A DNA stretch of 64,000 bases, from positions 33,544,001 to 33,608,000 of the forward strand of contig NC_086097.1 of NCBI RefSeq assembly GCF_963921235.1. Direction: 5' to 3'. Below the pieces are notes generated by a model, which saw only the letters and a list, made by a program, of their open reading frames with translations, made no database searches and was not told where the DNA came from. This stretch comes from Mobula hypostoma. Its lineage: Eukaryota. Positions within the stretch are counted from its first letter, which is position 1. Each line of letters opens with the position of its first letter. This document shows positions 37,476 through 49,912 of the stretch, piece by piece. The translations under genes and the position numbers were made by a program.

Positions 37476-40062
37476 TCATTTCTTTCTTTCTCTGCCCCAT
37501 TTCCCACATTTGCCCATATCCACTCTAACCCTTGCCAATTCATGTACCTGTCCAAGTGTATTTTAATCGTAGCAATTGTGCCTTTTCCGGCAGTTCGTTC
37601 CACACACCCGCCACGTTCTGCGTGGAAAAAAAAATGTTTTTCTGTTCCCCTTTAAATAAGACCATAAGACACAGGACTAGAATTAGGCCATTCGGCCCCA
37701 TCAAGTCTGCTCCGTCATTCCACCATGGCTGATTTATTACCCCTCTCAGCCCCTTTCTCCTGCCTTCTCCCTGTAACCTTTGAACCCTTATTATTAAAGA
37801 ATCTATCAATCTCTGCTTTAATCTTTCCCCTCTTATCTTAATTCTGTGCCCTCTAGTTTTAAATTCCCGCTCCCGCAGAAAACAATGGCCGTCCTTTCCT
37901 CCGCACCTCATGATTTTTTAAACCTCTATAAGGTCACCCCTCAGCCTCCTTCACTCAGTGGGAAAATAGTCCCGGCCTGTCTGTCCAGTCTCCACTGAAA
38001 GCTCAAGCCCTGCAGTCCGGGTAACATCTTTGTGACCAGAACCACACACAATACCCCCAAGTCCGTGTCACCAACCTCTTGTACAGCGACAACGTGAGTC
38101 CCAACAACTCCGGAGTCGGGAACGAGTTTGGGAATGTGGGCAGGTGCGATCATCGATTCTGCAGCCGACCCAGCAGTTGAAGGAGGCACGTTAAAGATGC
38201 AACGGGACATGGATCGCATGGAGCGTTGGGAGAAACGGCTGCAAGTGGGTCTGATCTGGACAAACCTTCACCTGACGGGAACCGAATCCAGGAGCTGGCA
38301 CCAGGCAAAATAACAGTTCGGCCCAGACTAGATCAGGTGTGCTTTCTGACTCTACGGGCAGCTGGGATTAAGTGGATCTCTGTAGAATTATAACTGTAAT
38401 GGTACCGACGGGGAATACCAGGAAGGCAAAAAGAAGACAAGAAGAGAATCCCTAAGAAATTCCACAGGTATATCGAAAGCAAAAGAATAATTAGGGAGAG
38501 AGTAGGTCCTCTTGGGAATCAACATGGCAACAAGTTTGCAGATACACGAAGCTTGGTGGAGTTGTGCAGAGGATTGTCGTAGAGAAGTACAATGCAGAAG
38601 TAGGAGATACCGCCTATCTAGTCCACGCAGAACAATTGTTCAGTCTAGTCCCATAGACCATAGTTCCCTCCATACCCCTTTCCATCTTTGTATTTATTCA
38701 TATTTCAATGTTGAAATCGAACCTGTATCCACCACTTCCGGTGGCAGCTTGTTCCACACCCTGAGTGAAGAGATCCCTCTTAAACATTTAACCTTTCATC
38801 CTTAACCCATGATCTCTAATTCTCGTCTTACCCGACCTCAGTGGAAAAAGACTGGTTACTTTATCCACACTCCTCATCATAATGTTGTATACCCCTATCA
38901 AATCTCCTCTCATTCTCCTGCGCTCCAGTGAATAAAGTCCTTTCTCTATAACTTGGGCCCTCAAGTTGTAGGGAACAGCGGGACATTGACAGGATGCAGA
39001 GCTGGGCATACAAGAGGCAGATGGAGTTCAACCCGGAAAAGCGTGAAGTGATTCACGTTGGAAGGTCGAATTCGAAGGCAGAATACTGGGCTAATGGCAG
39101 GTTTGTTCGCAGTGTGCAGCAATGTGGGCAAATAATACTAGCTCAGATAGACATTTTGGTTAGCATGGATGGGTTGGGCCGAAGGTCCCGTTTCCACGTT
39201 GTGTGACTTTTTGATCAAAACTTATTTTAAAAAATTTAAAAAAAAACACAAACCAGTGGACAATGGTTGAAAGGGGTTCGAGACCGAAGAAAGACCGGAT
39301 ATGCAGCTCCAGGTGGAGGAACAGGGTCTGCATCAGTGTCAGAATGAGACGGTGCATTCGCCGCTCAGCCTCTCACACTCCACCAGCTATTCCTCATCCG
39401 GCTCCCACTTCACCTGGCTGCTGCGGTGATCTTAGACACCCGTCTGTACCGCCCACCATACCGCCTGTGTTAGGTTCATCCACAAAACTACTGGCCGCTA
39501 AGCACCATTGCAACACGCCTGCAACTCAGTCCACATTTCAGAGGAACTTGAATTGATTTATTATTGTAGCATCTATCGAGATACAGTGAAAAGCTTGTCT
39601 TGGCATACAAGGCACTGAGGGAAAACAATAACAAAGCAGAATATAGTGTAAAACTATCAGAAAAAGTGCAGGTAAATTATAACGTGCAGGATCACAAAGG
39701 GATAGATAATGGGGATAAGAGTCAAACTTATCGTACAAGGGAGCTGTTTACTAGTCTGACAACAGCAGGGTAGAAAGCTGTCCTTGGGTCTGGTGGTACA
39801 TCTTTTCAGACGATTGTATCTTCTGCCCCCATGGGAGAAGAGAGAACGTCCGGGGTGGGCCGGAACTGTCATTATGGGGTAAACAAAACTAAACCCATTT
39901 CGCAAAGATCTTGTCGCCACCCCAGGGAGATGTTCCTTACTGAAGGACGGGTTCATCTCTGCCCCAGAGTGCTGACCCTCACTGGGGTAATAATCCCTCC
40001 ACGCCTCAAAGCGCGGACGCCCCCGGGTTTGGTGTAGGGCTCGCTCTGATATTAAAAGACAA

Positions 40063-41083
40063 TAAGATACGGGAGCCATTTAGGCCATTTGGCCCACCGA
40101 ATCTGCTCCGCCATTCTATCATGGCTTTAGTATCCTTCTCTACTCCATTCTCCTGTCTTCTCCCCGTAACCTTTGGCACCCTGACTAATAAAGAACCAAT
40201 TAAAACCCGCTTAAATTGACAATGAATTCCACAGATTCACCACCCTCTGGCTAAACGAACTTCCTCATCTCTGTTCTAAAGGGATGACTTTCATACTGTG
40301 CCCTCTGCTTCTAGACTCCCTGAGTATAGGGAACATCCTCTCTCCGACCATGTATCCATGACTTTCAATATTCAATAGGCTTCAATGAGATCCTCGCTCA
40401 TTGATCTAAACTCCAACGAGTACAGGCCACTAATCGCGCCTCATACGTTAACCTTTTCATTCTTGGGATTATTCTCCTGAACCTCCTCTGGACCAATGCA
40501 GATCATCTTTTCTTAAATGAGGAGCCCAAATCTGCTCACAATACTCCGTGGGGTATGACCAATCGTTCAGCATTACATCCCTGCGTTCATATTTGTCTTC
40601 TCGAAATGAATGGAAACATTGCACTTACCTTCCAACTGCAGTTAACCCTTAGGGAATATTGCACCTCTAATTTCTGAAATTTTTCCCCGTTTAGAAAATC
40701 TACCAAAGTGCTTCATCTACACTGTATTCCGTCTGCCACTTCTTGGTCCATTCTCTTAACCTAAGTCCTTCCGCACACTCCCCAGTTCCTCAACCCTACC
40801 TGCCCCTTCACCTATCTACGTATCGTCCGCAAACTTGACAACAAAGGCATCAGTTCCGTCATCCAAATCATTGGCATTTAATGTGAAAGGAAACGGTCCC
40901 AACTCAGATCCCCCCACGGAGCACCACTCGTCACCGGCAGCCAATTAGAAAAGGCTCCATTTTCCCCACTCTTTCCCTTTTGCCAATCTTCAATTCACGA
41001 TAGTATCTTTCCTGTATTACCATATAATGTCTTATTTAGCAGCCTCATATGCTGCACCTTGTCAACAGCCTTCTGAAAATCAT
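40063..41083 (-). mobile_element. Degenerate CR1 (RT and 3' end)
   Basis: Antisense FADD (atcgtccgcaaact), KA.DKV (caccttgtcaacagccttctgaaaatc) and CR1 3' UTR. Confidence 0.8.
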
Positions 41084-41119
41084 TATGGGATGTATCGTTC
41101 GGTACGCATCTTTGCCGCT

Positions 41120-41200
41120 TCTTTCCGTTGCTTCGGAAAGCAGCAACAGGTCAGGTGACATCATGCAGTATCCCGGCAACCGGTGTAAACAACAGGAAAC
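41120..41200 (+). promoter_or_regulatory. Putative ZC2HC1C-like promoter with RFX X-box, forkhead and CRE-like motifs
   Basis: GTTGCTTCGGAAAG at 41127, TGACATCA at 41156, GTATCCCGGCAAC at 41168 and TGTAAACAA at 41184, in a CpG-rich unique block ~1.9 kb upstream of the coding exon. Confidence 0.5.
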
Positions 41201-43038
41201 TGACAGAGACCCGAGTAACTAGATCGGAGGGTCAGAGAAAGAGTATCTGCGTGTAACTGGATCGGAGTGTAACCGATTCAGAGTGTAATCGGATCGGAAA
41301 GAGAAACCGGGTCAAGGAAACAGTATCGGAGTGTAACCTGATCACAGAAACAGAAGCACATAAACCGGATCGGAGAGAGAAACAGGGTTAGGGAAAAAGT
41401 ATATGGGTGTAACCAGATCAGAGACACGGGGAATCTGAGAGAAACCGGATCGGTATCCAGACCCGATGTAGCTGCAGAAGGAACAGGTCCCAGGTCTGTA
41501 AAAACTACTTTCCGAGAAAAATTTCCTTGGGGGAGTGAGCGTTGGAGAGAGGGATGGGGGGTGCGATGGAGAGAGGGAAGGGGTGGAATGGGGGAGAGAA
41601 GGGATGGGGGTGAGGGAAGTGAAATTAGTAGTCAATTGGGGATATTAAAGAGGTGTTGTCTATTTTGGGAGGAGGTCGGGAGATGCGGAAGTTCAGCACG
41701 TGAAAAAGTGGATAACGCGCTGGGCCCAGATGCCCCCAGGGCACTAACAACAGTTGATCTTCTCCATTCACTCCAACCTCCCCGCCACCTCCCCCCCCCC
41801 CCCCCCCGCCAGAAAGGAATGACTTTGCCCGGGGTTTCAAATTGAGGACGGCATTCACCAAGTAACTGGTGAGCAGTTATATCATAAGACATAGGAGCAG
41901 AAATAGGCCATTTGGACCATCGATTCTGCTCCGACTTTCAATCATGGCTGTTCCCTTTTTCCCTCTCCTCAGCCCCACTCCCCGTAACCTTTGATGCCTT
42001 AAATACACCCAAACGACCTGGCCCCCACAGCTGCCTGTGGTAACAGATTCCACAAATTCACCACCCTCTGGCTAAAGAAATTTCTCCGCATATCAGTTAG
42101 ACTTGGGGAATGGATATACAGTATACAGGAGTCGATGGCGACTGGAGCATTGGGCCGCAGGTGGGGAGACTGAGCCAGATCTAAAGGACAAATGGTCGAA
42201 TGGGCAGGGCAGAGAGTTCGGTTCGGGACCAGGGTGATGAGGGAGGCTGTCGGAGACGTCAGCTGATCCCTACGATGGTGTTTTAGAGGGTTGGGAGCTT
42301 AAAGTTCCGAGCTGTACAAGTTTCAGGTGTGACGTGGAGGATTTAAGTCAGGAGCGGGAGTCACAGCTCTGAATATAGAGATTCACGGGGGGAGGGGGAA
42401 TGCAGGGATCTTCCAATGAGGCTACAGAAGCAGAACGGATCTCTGCGCCGGGTTATACAGTCAATGGTCAAAGTGAATTGGAGGGACAGACGTCGCCAAC
42501 GTTAGCAAGGTGGAAGGGCAGTGGGTTACCTGAGTACCTTAACTTCCCCCGTGTGCTCTGGCATTGTCGTAAACTCCCTCACTACCGACCCGCTGAACAA
42601 ACGACGCAACCTCATTACCGTCCCAGCCACAGTGTGGTCCTCTCTAAGTACTGATTACTTCTAGAGTGCGGCGCTCCCTCAGCATTGCTTCTCCCGCAGT
42701 GTGATCCCCCATTTGTACCGACGCTCCCTCATTACCACCCCTCCCTCAGTGTAAGCCGCAGTGCTGCTTTTCCCACAGTGCGACTCTTCTTAGATACCAA
42801 TGTGCCATGGATCCCAAGGGTTTCTGGAGATTGTTTCCACACAGACACTATGGCTGACCTCGTTGGGCAGGGGGTTGTGAATGAAGGTTCTTCTGTCAGG
42901 TCTCCCCTTCCTCGCAGCCCCCGCCCTTGTCTTATCTCCCCGTCCCACTTCCTCTGCCCTGGCTCCTCCACCTCCCATCCCCTCTCCACCCAACAATAAT
43001 CTCGCTCTCCTTACCCTCACAGATCACTGGGCCAGTTA

Positions 43039-44604
43039 ATGGCCGTTTGGCCCATGGGCCCCTATCTACAGATCGACCCACTCTCCCCCATCGGCAGGGG
43101 GAGGGGCTCCAGCAAGCTGCCCCCCATCAGCTCTGAAACCCCCAGCTTTTCCAAACTGGATGTGCTGAGGGAGCGGCTGCAGCAGAGGCTGGAGAAGGAG
43201 AGACAGGCGAAACTGACGGCCATATACCGACAGCAGTACCACCAGGCTCTGCTCCGACTACGGGCCACCTGCCTCCCCCAGGCTCCCCGCCCGCCACAGC
43301 CTTACCGCGCCGAAGAGCAACAGCCCAGTTGGTTACCTGGGTCCAAGCGGTGCCCGGGAATCGACAGGTCCCAGCCCCTGAAGCCCATCGACAGAACAGC
43401 CGGACCCTGCAGCGACGTCAGCCCAGGGGGCCCTGGATCGGACTGGCAGAGGCTCCTGCGACAGGAAGCCCCGCCATGGCCTGGCGTCACCTACCGTCCC
43501 TCTCCGCACAAAGCCCCCAGCGACAGGGCCAGGGAGACGGAGCTCGAGCCGCCGCGACCTCGCCACCGAGGTCGGGCAGGGCAGCGGCCCCAGCCTTGCT
43601 CACTGGCAGACCAGGGACGCAGCAGGGAGAACGTCATCGAGCAGCAGCTGAGGAGGATCGAGGCGGAGCTGAGGGGCATCCAGAGGCAGCGGGAGGCTGA
43701 GGAGGACGAAGAGGGGGCAGAAGGCGTCGAGATAATGAGGATGGAGAGGGAGTGGGAGAGGGAGAGGGGGTGGCAGAGGGAGAGGAGGGACAGTTTGGGG
43801 AAGCACAGGTCGGAGGGGGAGAGGTCAGAAGGGGGAAGTTCAGAGGGGGAGAGGTCAGAGAGAGAGGGGTCAGAAGGGGATAGGGAGAGGTCAGAGAGAA
43901 GGCGATCAGAGAGGCAAAGGTCAAGAAGAACAGGGGACAGGTCAAAAAGATCAGAAGGGGAAAGCTCAGGGAGGCATTGGTCGGAGGGCGAGCGAGCGAA
44001 AAGAGAAATAGGGAGTGAGAGGGAAGAGAGAGGAAGGGCGAGGGAGAGGATCAAAAGGGAGAAGTGGGAGAGGTCGGAGAAAGAAAGGCTGGGTGAAATA
44101 GATAGAGAAGTGAGGCTGAGGGATAGAGTGAGGGTGAGGGGAGACAGTCGAGTGGGTGGCGGAAACTGGGAGAGTGCAAATGGCCACTGGGCGGGAGGAG
44201 AGAGTGACAGGAGGGAAGGAGGGAGAGACAGAGGGGCAGCAGTCAGAGACGAGAGCCCGCAGGTCGCAGAAGACGACTGCGACCACTCAAACCCATTTGC
44301 AGGTTACACCGAGAGTCCAGCCGAAGTGAAGCAGAACTCACGGAACACGGAAGTTGATGAGACAGAGCGCGGAGACGGCGTGCAGAGCGGGGATGTGGGC
44401 TGGGACGGACACTACTCCCCCGAGGAGAAGTCTCACTGCTCGTACTGCGGCCGCCGATTCGTTCTGGATCGACTCGACACACACATGGAGATCTGTAAGA
44501 AGGTGTACAAGCGGAAACGGAAAATATACGACTCTGCGCAAAAGAGGGCCAAGGGGACGGATCTGGAGAACTATCAATGCAGCCACAAGATTGTTCCGAT
44601 ACCG
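43039..44604 (+). CDS. ZC2HC1C: ZC2HC1C-like zinc finger C2HC protein, large first coding exon (522 codons)
   Basis: Acceptor cctcacag| at 43022, ATG at 43039, long ORF with a coiled/charged region and CSYCGRRFVLDRLDTHMEICKK...KRKIYDSAQKRAKGTDLENY. Phase-0 donor ccg|gtgagg. Tail-to-tail with a NEK9-like gene, as in human. Confidence 0.85.
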
Positions 44605-45089
44605 GTGAGGAAAGGGGCTTCCCCAGAAGGGGTACAGGGGGACGGGAGGATGTGACACAACAAACCTGTCCAGGAGTCCATTGCCTAAGAGTGATTGATT
44701 GTCCGACAGTTTTTGAAACCTGCGCGGGAGAGTCCTTCTGAAATGGAAACGCCATTGCATTAGGACAATTCTCTCTCGACCTCAGAGGTCTGGGTCCAGT
44801 GGTACGAGTAATAGTCACAATTGGGGGCTTCCTTGATTGCAGTGGAAGATCATGACTTCTGTGCCTTGTCAGGCGCTTCGCTTTCAACGAAGCGTTGCAG
44901 AACCGCTTTCCTGGCCGGTGGATCTCATTCGTCCACGGCGCCGGAGCTGACATCACATGCTAGGGCAAAAATGTCCCCATCTCACAGGGGTATGGGGCCC
45001 GCCGGCTACCCTCACCTGGTTTACCCCACCTGCTGAAGCCGTATACTGTAGTGGGTGGGCATGCTGGTTAAATGGACACAACACGGCCT

Positions 45090-45770
45090 CGGTAACCGGA
45101 GGCGGCGTGGTGGCGATGGATGGACATCTCGCTGACCGGAAGTCTGTGACCAGTGGTACACCGCACAGATCGCGGCTGGGGCCCTTCTGGTTTGTGATTC
45201 ATATTAGCGACTTGGATGTAGGTGGGGTATATACAGCGTGGAATATTATTGCACACAATACTCCAAATTTGGCGAAAGAAAACATTGTGTGCAGTTCTGG
45301 GCACGTACTTACAGGAAAGATGTCAATAAGATTGAAAGAGTATAGAGAAAAATTACAAGGATTTTACCAGGACTTGAGGACCCGAGATGACAAGGAAAGG
45401 TTGAATAGGTTAAGACTTTGTTCTCTGGAGGGTTGGAGAATGAAGGGAGATTTGATAGAGGTATATAAAATTAGGTGGGGTATAGATAGGTTAAACGCAA
45501 GCAGGCTTTTCCCACTGAGCTTGGGTGAGACTAGAACTCGAGGTAGTGGGGTTAAGAGTGAAAGGTTAAATATTTAAGGGGAAGATGAAGGGGATCTTTA
45601 CTCCGAAGGTGGTCAGAGTGTGGAAGGACTGCCAGCGGAAGTGGTAAATGCGGGTTCGGTTTCAACATTGATGAGAAGTTTGGATAGGTACGTGGATGGG
45701 AGGGGCATGGTCCAAGTACGGATCGATGGGACTAGGCAGGGTAACAGGTCAGCACGGGACGGAAGGGCCT
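45090..45770 (+). mobile_element. Degenerate CR1 fragments (intronic)
   Basis: ORF 44957..45577 contains SVTSG.P, GDLIEVYKI and RLFPL...TRTRG. Confidence 0.7.
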
Positions 45771-46454
45771 CAACTTGTGGGAGGTTTTGCACTTTGGAAA
45801 GTCTCACTGGTGTTGGGCCCCAGAGAGTACTCTAAAGGTGAAGAAGACTTGCTTAATGAGTCAGAGCAGAGTCATAAACATAAGAGATTCTGCAGTTGGT
45901 GGAAATCCAGAGTAAAACACACAAAAAAAAAGCTGGAGAAAATCAGCCGGTCAGACCTTCATCAGTCTCGGCCGGTAACGTCAACTTTCGATAGCTGCTG
46001 TTTGACCTGCTGAGTTCCTCCAGCATTTTGTGTGTGAGCCAGAGCAGAAAATGTCCGAGTAAACATGTTGGTAAACATTGGCTAGACCACAGGCGAAGAT
46101 CTCTGTCCAGTGGCTGGACAGGGTACAAAGGAGTCTGGCATGGAGTGTTTCAGTTCTCAGGCTGTCTCTCATCTCTCTGTGGGAATTGCAAAAATTATGG
46201 AACTCTGGGGTTGTTAGAAACCCGAAATGCAGAGGCTTAGAACAAGAACTGAGGGCAGAAGTGAATGTAAGAGAGGATACACGCTGTTCCACCCTCTCAT
46301 TGTGCCAAACTAACCAGTTTCCACCCAAAGGATGGCACAGGAGTGTGTTGGGAGCGGGTCTCAGAAATACTCTCACAAGCTCTTGAATCAAGTTTCAAAG
46401 GGCTGGTTAAAAAAATGCACTGGGGTACCGTACCCCAGTGTTATACAGTGGCAG

Positions 46455-48080
46455 GCCGTCTCCACCGGCACTATACCCGGTGTCATAGAGACATGCCGTC
46501 TCCACCGGTACTTTACCCGATATCATAGAGACATGCCATCTCCACCGGCACTATGTCCCGATGTCATAGAGATAAGCCATCTCCACCGGTACTATACCCG
46601 ATGTCATAGAGACATGCCGTCTCCACCGGTACTATACCCGGTGTCATAGAGACATGCCGTCTTCACCGGCACTATACCCGATGTCATAGAGACAAGCCAT
46701 CTCCACCGGTACTATGCCCTGATGTCATAGAGACATGCCGTCTCCACCGGCACTATGTCCCGATGTCATAGAGATAAGCCATCTCCACCGGTACTATACC
46801 CGATGTCATAGAGACATGCCTTCTCCACCGGTACTATGTCCCGGTGTCATAGAGACATGCCGTTTCCACCGGCACTATGTCCCGGTGTCATAGAGACATG
46901 CCGTCTCCACCGGTACTATGTCCCGGTGTCATAGAGACATGCCGTCTCCACCGGCACTATGTCCCGGTGTCATAGAGACATGCCGTCTCCACCGGTACTA
47001 TACCCGGTGTCATAGAGACATGCCGTCTCCACCGGTACTATGTCCCGGTGTCATAGAGACATGCCGTCTCCACCGGCACTATGTCCCGGTGTCATAGAGA
47101 CAAGCCGTCTCCACCGGCACTATGCCCTGGTGTCATAGAGACATGCCGTCTCCACCGGCACTATACCCGGTGTCATAGAGACATGCCGTCTCCACCGGTA
47201 CTATACCCGGTGTCATAGAGACATGCCGTCTCCACCGGTACTATACCCGGTGTCATAGAGACATGCCATCTCCACCGGCACTATGCCCCGGTGTTATAGA
47301 GACATGCCGTCTCCACCGGCACTATGCCCCGGTGTCATAGAGACATGCCATCTCCACCGGCACTATGTCCCGGTGTCATAGAGACATGCCGTCTCCACCG
47401 GTACTATACCCGGTGTCATAGAGACATGCCGTCTCCACCGGTACTTTACCCGGTGTCATAGAGATAAGCCATCTCCACCGGTACTATACCCGATGTCATA
47501 GAGACATGCCGTCTCCACCGGTACTATGCCCTGGTGTCATACAGACATGCCGTCTCCACCGGCACTATGCCCCGGTGTCATAGAGACATGCCATCTCCAC
47601 CGGTACTATACCCGGTGTCATAGAGACATGCCGTCTCCACCGGCACTATACCCGATTTCATAGAGACAAGCCATCTCCACCGGTACTATGCCCCGGTGTC
47701 ATAGAGACAAGCCATCTCCACCGGTACTATGCCCCGGTGTCATAGCGACAAGCCATCTCCACCGGTACTATGCCCTGGTGTCATAGAGACATGCCGTCTC
47801 CACCGGTACTATACCCGGTGTCATAGAGACATGCCGTCTCCACCGGCACTATACCCGATTTCATAGAGACAAGCCATCTCCACCGGTACTATGCCCCGGT
47901 GTCATAGAGACAAGCCATCTCCACCGGTACTATGCCCCGGTGTCATAGAGACAAGCCATCTCCACCGGCACTATGCCCCGGTGTCATAGAGACAAGCCAT
48001 CTCCACCGGTACTATGCCCCGGTGTCATAGAGACAAGCCATCCCCGCCGGTACTATGCCCTGGTGTTATAGAGATAGGCC
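46455..48080 (+). repeat. Minisatellite, 40/41-bp unit, about 40 copies (intronic)
   Basis: Unit tacccggtgtcatagagacatgccgtctccaccggtacta with variants. Confidence 0.97.
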
Positions 48081-48099
48081 CGGTCCCAACGACACCGTG

Positions 48100-49290
48100 G
48101 AACGCACACAAAATGTTGGAAGAACTCAGCAGGTCAGGTGGCATCTATAGAGAGTAATGAATAGTCGACGTTTAGGGCTGAGCCCCTTTATCAGGCCTAG
48201 AAAGGGGGTGGGGGGGGGCAGAAGCCGGAGTAGCACAATATTCTCCCTAACTTCCGCCATCTCCAACGGGATCCTGCCAGCAAGTTCATCTTCCACAGCA
48301 ACCCCCACTCCCCCGCACACGCATTTCACTTTCCGCAGAGATCGCTCGATTTCTGAATTTGCCCCGTTTAGAAGAGCCTATGCCTCTATTCCTTCTATCA
48401 AGAGCATGACCATACACTTTCCTACTCTATATTCCATCAGCCACTTCTTTGCCCATTCTCATAATCAGTCTTCCTGTAGACTTTCTGCTTGCTCAACACC
48501 ACCTGCCCCATCTTTGTATCGTCTGCAAACTTGGCCACACAGCCATCAATTCCATCTTCCAAATCGTTGACCTATATTGCGAAGAGAAGCTGTCCCAATA
48601 CAGACTCCTGCAGAACACCACTGGCCACCAGCAGCCAACCAGAAGAACGGCCCTCTATTCACCTCCTCCTTCGCTACTATTCTGGGTCCCGAATAATCTT
48701 TTCAGGTGATGCAACATTTCGCCTGCAAGTTTATTGAGGTTATCTACTGTACCTGCTGTTCCCAGTGTGGCCTCCTCTACATCGTTACGACCTGATGTAG
48801 TTTCTGGCACCTCTTCGTCAAGCACCTTTACTTTGTCCGCTATACAAGGTAGAATTTTCCGACGGTAACTCACTTCATATTCCCATTCTGACAAAGTCTG
48901 TCCACGGCTTCTAATGCAACAATGAGGTCGTTCTCAGGTTTCAGGAGCTACACCTCATATTCTGTCTTAACTGACGGCATGAACATCGATTTCCTCTCCT
49001 CTCCCACTTCTCTTTTCCCATTCTCCATTCTGGTTACCCTCTCACCCCTTCTCGTTACCTGTCCATCACCCCCCTCTGGTGTCTGTTCTCTTTCTCCCAT
49101 GGTCCACTGTTCTCTCCTATCAAAATCCTCTTATTCTGGCTTCTGCCCCCTTCCTTTCCAATCCAGGTGAAGGGTCTCGGCCCAAAATGTCAACTGTTCA
49201 TATCCCTCCATAGATGCTGCCTGACCTGCTGAATTCCTCCAGCATTTTGTGTGTGCTGCTCAAGACCTCCACCAGTATCTGCAGATTTGT
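48100..49290. mobile_element. Penelope-like relic with inverted termini and an internal CR1 fragment
   Basis: The terminal motif (gacctgctgagttc.tcca.cattttgtgtg) is present antisense at ~48105-48200 and sense at ~49160-49255. A GIY-YIG-region relic similar to 63200-63500 lies at ~48700-48990, and a CR1 piece at ~48350-48660. Confidence 0.7.
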
Positions 49291-49540
49291 TTCTGTTCAT
49301 GACCCACTGATACTGTAACCTGGTGTTATACAGTGACAGGCACGTCTCCACCAGTACTGATCCCAGTATTCTCTACACTCTGTATTGGAGTGTTGTCCAG
49401 ACCCGTCCTTCAGGACAGTCTTGGTTGACAGGATAGACACATGATGTTGTAAACTGCTGCCTGTGTGTGTGGGGACGGGTGGTCTTGGCTCACTGTGGAG
49501 GGTACTGAAATAGATCTTTTCCCATTCATCCTTGGCACAG

Positions 49541-49777
49541 AAAGTCAACTGGAAGAAGAAGCACGATTCCTTTATCCGGATGCTGCACGCTGCCCAGCAG
49601 GCCGAGTTGGAGGTGTACCGCCGCAGGAAGGCGGCTCAAACAGCACCAGCGGGCGCAAACCGCCCGGACTTCATGCAGTGCCCTTCCTGCAGCCGCCGCT
49701 TTGAGCACAGCATTGCTGAGGGACACATCTCCAAGTGCATGAGTCTGCGCAGCTGGCCTGGCCCTTCCAAGAGGTAG
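49541..49777 (+). CDS. ZC2HC1C: ZC2HC1C-like last coding exon (second C2HC finger)
   Basis: cacag| acceptor, phase 0. Encodes KVNWKKKHDSFIRML...DFMQCPSCSRRFEHSIAEGHISKC...stop. The joined protein is about 600 aa. Confidence 0.85.
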   Translation, partial: KVNWKKKHDSFIRMLHAAQQAELEVYRRRKAAQTAPAGANRPDFMQCPSCSRRFEHSIAEGHISKCMSLRSWPGPSKR

Positions 49778-49906
49778 CTCAACCACTCACCCAGCCCTGG
49801 GCAGTGGACCAAGCAGGGAGCGGGGAGGAGGGAGCTGTTCCCAGGCTGAAAACACCAGCCCCAGCAAAAGGAGAGATTTATCAAATTGTATCACTTCATT
49901 TATTTA

Positions 49907-49912
49907 AATAAA
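49907..49912 (+). terminator. Polyadenylation signal of the ZC2HC1C-like gene
   Basis: AATAAA 130 nt after the stop codon. Confidence 0.6.

Noticed and set aside
39300..39370. QLQVEE...AFA.S resembling ERR KLKVEKEE...ALANS
   Set aside because: The match is too short and weak, with no splice signals; not supportable without an alignment test.
46455..48080. Palindromic repeat array as a CRISPR locus
   Set aside because: There are no variable spacers; it is a pure tandem repeat.
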